64,000 nucleotides of DNA. Source: Candidatus Coprovivens sp. Lineage in GTDB: Bacteria; Bacillota_I; Bacilli_A; RF39; UBA660. Both the position numbers and the translations under genes were made by a program. The stretch is from contig JBJFGS010000010.1 in assembly GCA_051892935.1 (NCBI GenBank), forward strand, positions 1-64,000. The letters run 5' to 3'. The stretch's first letter is position 1. Every line of letters begins with the position of its first letter. The notes under the pieces were generated by a model. It was not told the DNA's origin. It worked only from the letters and a program-made list of their open reading frames with translations, and ran no database searches. Shown piece after piece: positions 51,564-61,202 of this stretch.

Positions 51564-53320
51564 AATGTTTTTTTAGTCAATTCATTTGTTAACGTTAAAA
51601 ATGATGATTCTTCTAAAATAGATTGTGATACTAGTGATGGTATTAAATAAGACTTATTTCCTTGTACTTGTTCAAAATTACGTAAGAATTTTGGACGTGA
51701 TATTATGATATCTCCTATTAGATAGATATTGTCTATTTGATATTCTTCATCCATAGCTTTTACGATATCGCTATCAACTATTGTTGTAATCTTATCTCCT
51801 GATAAGAAGTTTATACCATATGATGAAATTGTGTTTGGTAAATAGTCATCTAAACTTGAATCATCACAAATAAATTTGCTTTCAGCTGTAACTGATTTTT
51901 TTAAAAAATGACTCGATGTTTCATATTCTTCACCAATATTTCTAAAGATTATAATTCTCTTAATAGTATTTAAAGGGTTTTCTGTTTCACATATACTTAT
52001 AAATAGTGATTCTGATATTTCATTTTCAAGTAATAAATCATAAATATTTATATACTCATAATGACACAATAAAAATATATAATTATTTTTTGTAAGTTTG
52101 TATTCTTTTAGTACTGATAAGATATTTTTTATTTCTTTTATATCTTTTAAAAGAATCCTATCATCATAGAAAATATTTTGAAAATCAATTATATTTTTTA
52201 ATATTTCATAATTAGATATTAATTGTTGATAATTAGAATCTATTATATCTAGATTTTCTGATAAAGTTTGTTTAGACAATATATTATTGTCTAATAGAAA
52301 TGATAGTGTTTTTAATTTTTCATCATCTAAACTGATTATGTAATTATAATAAAGTGTTAAAACATTATTTAGTGGTAGTCCTAAAGATATTAAAAATTCT
52401 ATTCTTTCTGTTATATTAGCAATTGATTCAAGTTCTGCTAGTTTTTCATTTAATGAATATGGATTTAAATTATGATTATATAAGTATGTTGTAAGTTTTG
52501 AACGATTTTTCTTACTTGTAATTTCTTGTTCTTCTATATCTAAATCTTTTTTCAGCTTATAAAGATTATCTAATACAATTTCGTATAATAGTTCTAGTAA
52601 TCTTGGATCTAGAAATTGATGCCAATCAGATGGAATTTCGTATATTCCCAGAATACTTTCATCATTTATTCCTTTTATTACTTCGGTAGTTACTTCAATT
52701 CTTTTACTAGATGCATATTGACGAAGTTCATGATCATCTGTATCTCTTTTTAAGATTTTTTGAGCAACATCTATAAAATTATAGAATCTACTATTTTTGT
52801 ATATATTATTAATCAATTGAATTCTTTTTACCAATGGTAATTTTTTAGAATATTCTGGAAGATTTAAAAGTTCTTTTTTTAATTTTAAATATTCATACAT
52901 ACACATATATACTAATTTCATATTGTATTCTGTGAATATTGGTGTTAATCCTAATTCAGTAATTATACTTAAGTACTTATAATCTTTTAACGATCCATCA
53001 TCATTAATTCCATTTTGCATTTCACTTAGACGATGACCATCTTTATCATAGGTCCATGAATTTACACTTTTTTTAACTTCTTCACAATATGATAATGTTT
53101 CGTCAAAGCTTAATTTATTATCATTTACTAAAATTAAAAATGGAACAAATATATCGTAATTACTTAATTGACATAGTTCAGTTTTATCTGCTTTGGCAGC
53201 TCTTTTTAATACTTTTTCAACATATTTTTTTACTTTTTCTGGTCCTTCTTCGGCTTTTATGATTTTTGCTTCTGTTAAAGTATCTTCAGCAATTTTTAGT
53301 ATTTCGTTTATTTTTACCAT
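51554..53320 (-). CDS. Hypothetical helical protein, second gene of a two-gene operon
   Basis: ATG 1 nt after the upstream stop; no signal peptide or TM; Leu/Ile-rich amphipathic pattern. Confidence 0.8.
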   Translation of the reverse strand: MVKINEILKIAEDTLTEAKIIKAEEGPEKVKKYVEKVLKRAAKADKTELCQLSNYDIFVPFLILVNDNKLSFDETLSYCEEVKKSVNSWTYDKDGHRLSEMQNGINDDGSLKDYKYLSIITELGLTPIFTEYNMKLVYMCMYEYLKLKKELLNLPEYSKKLPLVKRIQLINNIYKNSRFYNFIDVAQKILKRDTDDHELRQYASSKRIEVTTEVIKGINDESILGIYEIPSDWHQFLDPRLLELLYEIVLDNLYKLKKDLDIEEQEITSKKNRSKLTTYLYNHNLNPYSLNEKLAELESIANITERIEFLISLGLPLNNVLTLYYNYIISLDDEKLKTLSFLLDNNILSKQTLSENLDIIDSNYQQLISNYEILKNIIDFQNIFYDDRILLKDIKEIKNILSVLKEYKLTKNNYIFLLCHYEYINIYDLLLENEISESLFISICETENPLNTIKRIIIFRNIGEEYETSSHFLKKSVTAESKFICDDSSLDDYLPNTISSYGINFLSGDKITTIVDSDIVKAMDEEYQIDNIYLIGDIIISRPKFLRNFEQVQGNKSYLIPSLVSQSILEESSFLTLTNELTKKTLKK

Positions 53321-53321
53321 A

Positions 53322-54341
53322 TTACTCACCAACCTTTTTTGATAAACTCATTCCATCTAATTGGGAAAAAATTTCTTCTACGAATTCAGCTTGCTCAATA
53401 TGAAAGTCCGGATTATTGTAATTGTTTTCAATGTAGTCTTTGCATGAATAATATCGTGATAATGCTTCTTCATATTCATTAGATATCCTTGTTGATTTTT
53501 GTTTATCTTTCATAAAGAAAGAACATATTACAATGACATTTCCTGTTATAACATAAAGAATTCTAATACCATTAGGATGTTTATATTCATAGATTTTTTC
53601 TTGATATCCTTCAATAGGTTTAGTGTCTTTTGTTCTAAGAAAATAACCATCTACTATTTTTTCAAATATCAATCTTATTTCTTTATATCTTTCAGGATAT
53701 TCTATAATGTCTTCATATAAGTAGGTTGATTTTTTATTGTTTGGTACCAATATAATATTTGAATATTCTTGTGAAAGTTCTAATGTGGTATTCTCTGCTT
53801 CTTCAAATTCTTTTATTGTTACCTCAAGTACCACTTCATATGTATTTAGTCTTTCTTGATATAAACTAATATCTGTTGTGGGATTTGTTAGAATTGTTTT
53901 TCTTATTTCTCTTTTTGTATCAAGAATAAGTTTATATATTTGCAACTTTAGTAGTTTTAAATCATCTGGAGATAGACTTCTTAATATATTTTTACTTTCT
54001 TCTGAAAACGGATCATAAATTATTTTGTTTATAATTTCTGATAAGTCTTTTACTTCTCTTGGTATTGGTATTTTTTTGGATGGTTTAATAATGAAAATAG
54101 TTGGAGTTGCAATTATAGCAGTTGCTCCTGTCATTGATTCTAACATTTTCTTATTACTTTCTCTTTTATTCTCGATGAAATCTAAATTGCTTAAAGCAAT
54201 GGCTCTTGTACATTCTACTATTTCTTGAAGAGTTGGATCTTCTATTTGATCATATAAAAAAGAAGTAGGATTACTTATGTATTCGTTACTATTTTCAATT
54301 TTTTTTTCAAATCTTTCTACCCTATCAAATTCATTTGCCAT
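53322..54341 (-). CDS. Hypothetical protein with a C-terminal RelE/ParE (Gp49-like) domain
   Basis: TKPIEGYQEKIYEYKHPNGIRILYVITGNVIVICSFFMKDKQK matches the K.L...L.E.R..RI.Y..I.LL..F.KK.QK pattern. Confidence 0.6.
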   Translation of the reverse strand: MANEFDRVERFEKKIENSNEYISNPTSFLYDQIEDPTLQEIVECTRAIALSNLDFIENKRESNKKMLESMTGATAIIATPTIFIIKPSKKIPIPREVKDLSEIINKIIYDPFSEESKNILRSLSPDDLKLLKLQIYKLILDTKREIRKTILTNPTTDISLYQERLNTYEVVLEVTIKEFEEAENTTLELSQEYSNIILVPNNKKSTYLYEDIIEYPERYKEIRLIFEKIVDGYFLRTKDTKPIEGYQEKIYEYKHPNGIRILYVITGNVIVICSFFMKDKQKSTRISNEYEEALSRYYSCKDYIENNYNNPDFHIEQAEFVEEIFSQLDGMSLSKKVGE

Positions 54342-54367
54342 ATTAATCCCCCTTTTTTGTTTGTTTT

Positions 54368-54395
54368 ATTATACTTATAGAATTGTTTTTGTCAA
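54368..54395 (-). promoter_or_regulatory. SigA promoter of the two-gene operon
   Basis: Perfect TTGACA (54390-54395) and TATAAT (54368-54373) with a 16-bp spacer. Confidence 0.7.
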
Positions 54396-54405
54396 TTTCA
54401 CCACT

Positions 54406-54431
54406 AAAAAAAGGTCTTTTTAAGACCTTTT
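54406..54431 (-). terminator. Intrinsic terminator
   Basis: AAAAGGTCTT-TTT-AAGACCTTTT with a U tract on the minus strand. Confidence 0.7.
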
Positions 54432-54441
54432 ACGATTATTA

Positions 54442-55278
54442 TTAGATTCTACTGAATTTGTTATTTTTCTTAGCTAATGTTATAGCGCTTATTGCAATTA
54501 ATGCACATGCAGCTAATAGAGCATATGAAGCAAATGCTCCTGTCTCAGCAAATGTTCCATCTTCTTTATAGTGAATTTCTTTACATTTATATTGTAGTTG
54601 TGTATCAGAACCACAATTATTAGCATTAGTACCATCATTTCCACATGATGTATAGTCTGCATAATTTTCTTTTTCAGGAACTCTCCATACTTTTACACAC
54701 ACTTCACCACATTCGTTTCCTGTTGCATTTTCATCTAATCCAACAAGGATAGCACCAATAGTTCCATATCTATCTTGTAATATACCAGATTTTATACCAG
54801 TGTTCTTAATTGTACTTGGAGTAAATGCATTTTGAGTTACGCTATTTTTGGTATAGAATATACCGCAACCAAATGATGAAACTTTTATACTAGAAGATAT
54901 GTTAGTATCATATGCACAAGAAAAACTTTTTAATTCATCAGGCATATCATCTTGTGGTGTTATTTGTGCCGTAGCTGATGTTGCGTCTGCCAAAGTAGAG
55001 TTTGAATTCGTTACTAAATATTGAGTTCCAACTAACTTTAAATATTTTGTTGTGTAAATATAGTTAATATATCCATTAACTGAAGCAGTTGCATCTTCAG
55101 ATGGTACTCCAATGATATAACATGTTGATCTTCCACCTTTTTCTACATTAGCTGGATCACAAACTATATCTGTGTTTGATAGCGAAAAACCTGCAGCTTT
55201 AACAGTTGTCATTCCACATAGAATAAATGTGCTTATTGCTAGAATAGACAACATAAATAATTTTTTAAATTTTTTCAT
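54442..55278 (-). CDS. Cys-rich secreted protein with a C-terminal sortase-type sorting signal
   Basis: Signal peptide ending VKA; FAETG followed by a hydrophobic helix and KKNNKFSRI tail. Confidence 0.75.
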   Translation of the reverse strand: MKKFKKLFMLSILAISTFILCGMTTVKAAGFSLSNTDIVCDPANVEKGGRSTCYIIGVPSEDATASVNGYINYIYTTKYLKLVGTQYLVTNSNSTLADATSATAQITPQDDMPDELKSFSCAYDTNISSSIKVSSFGCGIFYTKNSVTQNAFTPSTIKNTGIKSGILQDRYGTIGAILVGLDENATGNECGEVCVKVWRVPEKENYADYTSCGNDGTNANNCGSDTQLQYKCKEIHYKEDGTFAETGAFASYALLAACALIAISAITLAKKNNKFSRI

Positions 55279-55420
55279 AATAACCTCTCCTATAAATATT
55301 CTTCCTTATTCTGATTACATTATAACATGTTTTTATATATTGTGTTAATTTTTTTTGAAAATTTTACATTTTATGGTATTATATATTATATAGTATAGAA
55401 TGGAATAATAGAGGTGGCAT

Positions 55421-56977
55421 ATGAAGAAGATTACAGTTTTAATTAAGGATAATACTCTTATATTTAAATATCGTACTAATAAACCGGTTGAACCTAATTT
55501 ATTAAATACTAATGTTATATCTAATAACGAGTTAGTGTTTAGTGATGAATATATTGCTAATAATACTAAAATAGTTGGATTATTTATTTCTGATTTAGCT
55601 AAAGAAAAAGAAATAAAAGATATATCTGTATCTACTAACGAATTAGGTGAATTAGTTTTAGATGTATTAAAAAGATTATCTAATATAGATTCATTTATAG
55701 TTACTAGTGATGAAAATGTTTCTTATTCTTTATGTGACAAGATTATAAAAAATAGAAATATAAAAAAATTAAATTGTTATTCTATCCCTCAATTCTTAGT
55801 TGAAAATTTAGACAAACATAATATTATGGTCGAATCGAGAAATGAAGTGTTATTTACAAGTAATTTTATGGCATGTAACAATTTAACATCTTATTCAAAA
55901 ATATATTATAAAAATAATATAAAAATAAATCCCGTTCTATCTGATGATGATTTATTAGATTTAAAATCTTTTTGTATTATTAATAAATACTTAAAAGTTA
56001 TTCATTTTGAAAATTATTCTTTAGATAATATAAAGAAAGTTGTCGAAGTATTAAAAGAATGTAAAGAAAAAAATATTATTTTGGAGATACATGATGATTT
56101 AGATGATAACGAAGATATTTCTGAATTAAAGTCTTTAAATAAAGAATTAAAATCTAAATATAAAATTAAAATTTCTTTAGTATATTCTAAGGATTATTTA
56201 GAAAATAATTATTTACAACAAATTATTTTTACAACCTTAAAAATATGTGCATTAATAATATTTGCTATAGTTGGTTCAGTATTTGGATATATTTTATATA
56301 ATAATTACCAATCAGAATCGAAAATTAATTCTATTATGGAGGAACTTCACGTTATAAAAGATAGAGTTGATACTGATGAAGAAGTATCTGATAGTACAAA
56401 TAGAATTATTATAAACTCTTATGATAAGCTACTAGAGGTTAATTCCGATATGGTTGGATGGATAATTGTTAAAGGTACTAAAATAGATTATCCTATTGTT
56501 AGAACGACTGATAATGGATACTATTTACAAAGGAATTTCTATAAAGAAAAAGATTATAATGGTTGGGTATTTATGGATTATCGTAATAATATTGATGTAT
56601 TAGATGATAATACTATAGTATATGCTCATAATAGATTTACTAGTGGTGTAATGTTTGGAACACTACCTAATATAAGAAAGAGTAATTGGTATAAAGATTC
56701 TTCTAATTATGATATAACTTTTAATACATTATATATGAATGGTACTTGGAGAATATTTTCGTATTATGGAATTGAAGTTACGAGTGATTATTTAGTAACT
56801 AATTTTTATGATAAGAACGAGTATCAAAACTTTTTAAATATGATTACTGATAGAAGTGAGCATAAATTTGATACGAAAGTTACAACTGATGATAAAATAC
56901 TTACTCTATCTACTTGTTTAGATGATAATAAGAGGTTTGTTGTTCATGCAGTATTATTAACTGATAATAATTCTTGA
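55421..56977 (+). CDS. srtB: Class B sortase with an extra ~270-aa N-terminal domain
   Basis: GWIIVKGTKIDYPIV..DNGYYL, VYAHNR..MFG, LTLSTC..RFVVHA; TM near residues 270-292. Confidence 0.9.
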   Translation: MKKITVLIKDNTLIFKYRTNKPVEPNLLNTNVISNNELVFSDEYIANNTKIVGLFISDLAKEKEIKDISVSTNELGELVLDVLKRLSNIDSFIVTSDENVSYSLCDKIIKNRNIKKLNCYSIPQFLVENLDKHNIMVESRNEVLFTSNFMACNNLTSYSKIYYKNNIKINPVLSDDDLLDLKSFCIINKYLKVIHFENYSLDNIKKVVEVLKECKEKNIILEIHDDLDDNEDISELKSLNKELKSKYKIKISLVYSKDYLENNYLQQIIFTTLKICALIIFAIVGSVFGYILYNNYQSESKINSIMEELHVIKDRVDTDEEVSDSTNRIIINSYDKLLEVNSDMVGWIIVKGTKIDYPIVRTTDNGYYLQRNFYKEKDYNGWVFMDYRNNIDVLDDNTIVYAHNRFTSGVMFGTLPNIRKSNWYKDSSNYDITFNTLYMNGTWRIFSYYGIEVTSDYLVTNFYDKNEYQNFLNMITDRSEHKFDTKVTTDDKILTLSTCLDDNKRFVVHAVLLTDNNS

Positions 56978-56993
56978 AAACGGAGGGCTTACA

Positions 56994-59900
56994 ATGAATA
57001 TTAGCGATTTAAAAGACATATTAGAAGATTTGGTACATACTAAATTATATGTTTCTTCTATTACAACAAAGGAACAACAACATAAGTATAAAGAAATGAA
57101 AAAGTATTTGAAGAAAAGTGATAACTTATTAGAAGATATAAAAACTATTTTAGTTACGAGAAATAATGAAAACTTTTTTGCTTATGATGAATACATTACC
57201 GATTTTTTAGTTAATGCAAATATAGATATAAAATTAGAAATTTTAAATAACCAATCTAAATACGAAGATATAATAAAAAATAATAATGTATATATTAGTA
57301 TTTGGGACTCATTAAATAATAAAGAAAGAATTACTTATTTAGAAAACAAGAAAAAATATACGGATATAGATATTTTATTAATTAATTATATTCTAAAAGA
57401 TTCCGGAAATTTTAAAGATAATATTGTATTATGTGAAGTACTTAATAATGCAGATATAAGAAATAAAATTCCTCCATTTTCTATTGAAATAAATTATACT
57501 TATAACCTACTTTCTTATATTAATTTAAGTGATTTTGAAGTTTGTAGTATTCTAACAAAAGATTCATATACTAAACTATTATTAAAAAAATGTAAGAAAT
57601 TTGATGACTTTCTACAGATTTATGAAAGTAATAACGCAATATATAATTTAATACTTAATAATAGTTTGGTTTTTAATAATGCAGATAATAAAAGTATTTA
57701 TAAGTTTATATTAGATAATCCTAATTTTATAGGCAAGTTTAATAATAAATATTTGGATTTATTTAATATATTGGAGATTACTAAAATAAGTAAATTACCT
57801 ACTTTAGATAATGATGCTTTTAGTGCTATTATTCAAAAATTATATAAGTTAAATCCTGATGAGGCAGATAACTATTTTAGTGAAATTAATCTAAAAAAAT
57901 GTTCAAAACATAGTATTAGTATTTATCCTTTTGAATATATAAATAATGAATTACAAGAAAAGATATTTAATACTTATAATCTATTTAATAAGTTTATTGA
58001 TACGATTATGATAGAAGCTATTAATAATAGATTTGATGAAGAAGATATAGTTAATATATTGAGAAATGATACTTTTATAAATGATACTAGTTCATATGGT
58101 ATTGAATTGTTATTAAATAAACTTAGCTTTAAGTCAGCTTTTAATATGTTGCAAAGAAAGAATATTTTTAACAAAATAAATAATCTACATGTAAAACTTG
58201 ATACTAAAGATTCTATTTTCTTTAAAGGTTTCTTAGATAGTCCTGTTTTAGTTAAAAAATCAGAACATAATATGATATATGAAATGTTAGGATTATTAAA
58301 TAAAGATGATGTTTTATATTATATTACTCTTCCATATATTTTAAATGAACTAAGTAATTATGAAATAATTAATTTGGCAATTTCTAAAAACATAAAACTC
58401 ACAGATTTATATGATAATACTGAATTAAAAAATGTTTTAAATATAACAGATTTAATAAGTTATATAGATAAATTATTTGAAACTAATATTGATTTAAATA
58501 TATTTAAAAATAAGTCTATATGTAAAAAGATTTTTAATTTAAGTGACAAACAATTTAATGATATTAATTTTGATGAAGTAAACTATTTATTTGAAACTGT
58601 AAGAATGAAATCTTTATTATCAAAACAAGATACTAAAATAACTATATTAAGTTATAAGAGTGTTTTAGCTAGTTATTTAGTTTTAGGACTTGATGAGACA
58701 ATAAAACTAGTTAATGATGGTAATAAAGATATTACTCTTGAAGAAATAAAACAATTACAAAATGAAATTGTAAGTGAAAAAATATTAATATTTAAAGAAA
58801 ATAATTCAGCTATATTCCAAAATATGGCTAAAAAAATAATTTCTAATTTATATGATATTGGTGAATGCGAAGATATAAATGAGTTTTCTAGAAGAGTTAG
58901 AAAGAATGCTTATTTAGATAATGTTATATATTTAATATTGGATAATAATTTTGATACTTATAATGGTGTTACTAATAAATTTTTTGGATTTATAAAATAT
59001 AGAACATATGATGAATATGCTGCTAAAAAAGAGATATATGATTATAGTAAAGCTTTTACTGAATGTTATATATATAATAAAATTAAAGAATATAATGAGG
59101 AATTTGAAAAAATAATTCTTGTTAATTTTAAACCTAAAGAAAGTGTTATATATAGTAAGAGAAAAGAAATAGGTAAAGAATTCTTAAATAAATTAAAATT
59201 TAAATTATTTGTTAGAGCTCTTACTGATCCTAATAAAGATATATATGTTAATTATTTTAGAGATGGCTATCCTATTAATGAAGTGAAAAATAAATATATT
59301 AAGTATTTAGCTAATGAAGATGTTGATTTTGAAAGTATTTTAGAACATGTTTTATTACCTATTGTTAATGATAGATTTGATAAAGAGAATTGTCTTTGTA
59401 AATTAGGAATTAATAAGCCTAAAAATACTGATGAATACTTAAAATACTTAGATGATTTAAAAACGGTAACTGAACTTAATACTTTAATAGATAAATATAA
59501 AATTAATTATAGCTTTGAACAGGTAATATCTATTATGAATTATATTTGTTATGGTAATAAACTAGATGTTAAATTGAAGAAAAGAGAATTACTTAAGTTA
59601 AAAAAAGCTGCAAACTTAGTTTTGGGATTAACCGGGGAAATATATGTAGATAAGTCAGCTTCTAAGTTTATATATAAAGATAATATGGATGTATATAATA
59701 TAGAAGAAATCATAGAATATAGTAATTATTTAAAAATTCTTGATGATATAGTAAATAAAACTTATAGTTATGTTAGTAAAAATATGGATAGTGAGAAGAT
59801 AAAATCAGCTTTTTCACACGATTATTTTAATGCTATTAATACAGATAATTGTGTTTTTCCTATTTCTAGTAAATATTATGAACCTAGAAGAAGAGTTTTA

Positions 59901-61172
59901 TCTATAAACGATTTAGAAGTTGTATTTAATGGATATGATCTTAGTATATATAAGGAATTAGATGATTCTTTAAAACATTTCTTATTTGAAGAAAAAAACC
60001 TTATTATGGTTGCTGATGGATATTATAAAGGTATTGTAGATAATTTAGGTATTATTATTTCAAAATGGGATAAAATAATTGAATTTGTTAAGGAATTAGA
60101 TGAAGATATTACAAAATTAACTTTGATTAGTATCGAGAATATTTTATCTCTAATTAATTTTGAAGATAATATTTTAGCTAAATCAATTAGTAAAAATATT
60201 ATTAAATCAATATATGAAGATGGATATTATGAAGTTAATGATTTAAACAAAAGAATTAATATGTTAGTTGATTTATTTAGAGAGTCTTATAAAAGAGTTA
60301 CTAGTACTGTTCCTTATCTATGTTATAAAGATGATATATATAGAATTGAAATATTAGATAATTATAATCAAGATATACTTAAAACGATAAAAGGTTCTTT
60401 ATATAAGGTTGGAACTATCGGAAATGATTTCTTACATTATTCGATATTAAATAAAAATGGTATACAAATTGGTATATATAAAGAAAATGAGCTAGTAGCT
60501 AAAATATTAGGTATAAGAAATGGAAATACAGTATACTTAAATGCTTTAGAGGGAGAAAAAAATACTGAATATAATGAATTACTAAGATTATTTGCTAATG
60601 AACTAATTAGAATTACTAAAGATGATATAGAACCGATATTGTATGTTACTATAGTAAATAATGATGTTTATAGTAGTAGAAATGGATTAAAAATCGATAC
60701 TACTATGTGCCCTATTATAAATAATCCTATTAATAAGGTGTATTATGATTACGAGAAGTTTACTGAATATAAGAATTTATTAGATATAGATGATATGTAT
60801 ACTAATTATAAGGATAATATTAGTACTTTACTTGCTAGTGACAATGTTGTTGATAAAAATAATTTTAAATATTATGATGCTGATGATAAGTATTATAGAA
60901 GAAGAAATAGTATTGTTAGATTGAGTAATAATATTGGAGAAGAATATTTAAATAAGATTGATACTATATTATATTTATGTAAATTAGAAGATGAAAGTAT
61001 CGATATTAATAATATTACTTTAAGTATGATTAATACTATTTATTTAGGAGATGACTTTGTATTATTTGTAACTAATAGAGATAATATTTTGAAGTTTGTT
61101 TTACCATATGATGAAAGAGCGGCAAAAGAAGTTGAATTATTATTGATACAAATAAAAGAAGGAATTGTTTAA
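56994..61172 (+). CDS. Large hypothetical cytoplasmic protein
   Basis: 1392-aa ORF 16 bp after the sortase, GGAGG RBS; no signal peptide or TM. Confidence 0.85.
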   Translation: MNISDLKDILEDLVHTKLYVSSITTKEQQHKYKEMKKYLKKSDNLLEDIKTILVTRNNENFFAYDEYITDFLVNANIDIKLEILNNQSKYEDIIKNNNVYISIWDSLNNKERITYLENKKKYTDIDILLINYILKDSGNFKDNIVLCEVLNNADIRNKIPPFSIEINYTYNLLSYINLSDFEVCSILTKDSYTKLLLKKCKKFDDFLQIYESNNAIYNLILNNSLVFNNADNKSIYKFILDNPNFIGKFNNKYLDLFNILEITKISKLPTLDNDAFSAIIQKLYKLNPDEADNYFSEINLKKCSKHSISIYPFEYINNELQEKIFNTYNLFNKFIDTIMIEAINNRFDEEDIVNILRNDTFINDTSSYGIELLLNKLSFKSAFNMLQRKNIFNKINNLHVKLDTKDSIFFKGFLDSPVLVKKSEHNMIYEMLGLLNKDDVLYYITLPYILNELSNYEIINLAISKNIKLTDLYDNTELKNVLNITDLISYIDKLFETNIDLNIFKNKSICKKIFNLSDKQFNDINFDEVNYLFETVRMKSLLSKQDTKITILSYKSVLASYLVLGLDETIKLVNDGNKDITLEEIKQLQNEIVSEKILIFKENNSAIFQNMAKKIISNLYDIGECEDINEFSRRVRKNAYLDNVIYLILDNNFDTYNGVTNKFFGFIKYRTYDEYAAKKEIYDYSKAFTECYIYNKIKEYNEEFEKIILVNFKPKESVIYSKRKEIGKEFLNKLKFKLFVRALTDPNKDIYVNYFRDGYPINEVKNKYIKYLANEDVDFESILEHVLLPIVNDRFDKENCLCKLGINKPKNTDEYLKYLDDLKTVTELNTLIDKYKINYSFEQVISIMNYICYGNKLDVKLKKRELLKLKKAANLVLGLTGEIYVDKSASKFIYKDNMDVYNIEEIIEYSNYLKILDDIVNKTYSYVSKNMDSEKIKSAFSHDYFNAINTDNCVFPISSKYYEPRRRVLSINDLEVVFNGYDLSIYKELDDSLKHFLFEEKNLIMVADGYYKGIVDNLGIIISKWDKIIEFVKELDEDITKLTLISIENILSLINFEDNILAKSISKNIIKSIYEDGYYEVNDLNKRINMLVDLFRESYKRVTSTVPYLCYKDDIYRIEILDNYNQDILKTIKGSLYKVGTIGNDFLHYSILNKNGIQIGIYKENELVAKILGIRNGNTVYLNALEGEKNTEYNELLRLFANELIRITKDDIEPILYVTIVNNDVYSSRNGLKIDTTMCPIINNPINKVYYDYEKFTEYKNLLDIDDMYTNYKDNISTLLASDNVVDKNNFKYYDADDKYYRRRNSIVRLSNNIGEEYLNKIDTILYLCKLEDESIDINNITLSMINTIYLGDDFVLFVTNRDNILKFVLPYDERAAKEVELLLIQIKEGIV

Positions 61173-61176
61173 ATTT

Positions 61177-61202
61177 AAAACTCCAAATGATTTGGAGTTT
61201 TT
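61177..61202. terminator. Bidirectional terminator
   Basis: AAAACTCCAAAT-G-ATTTGGAGTTTT between convergent genes. Confidence 0.7.

Noticed and set aside
56041-56047. Second TGTCGAA (0A-box-like) match
   Set aside because: Lies deep inside the sortase coding sequence and is probably chance
2478-58174. Numerous short ORFs opposite well-supported genes (e.g. 2478..2693, 10015..10386, 21012..21254, 39868..40119, 49567..49947, 57974..58174)
   Set aside because: Antisense shadows with no recognisable motifs
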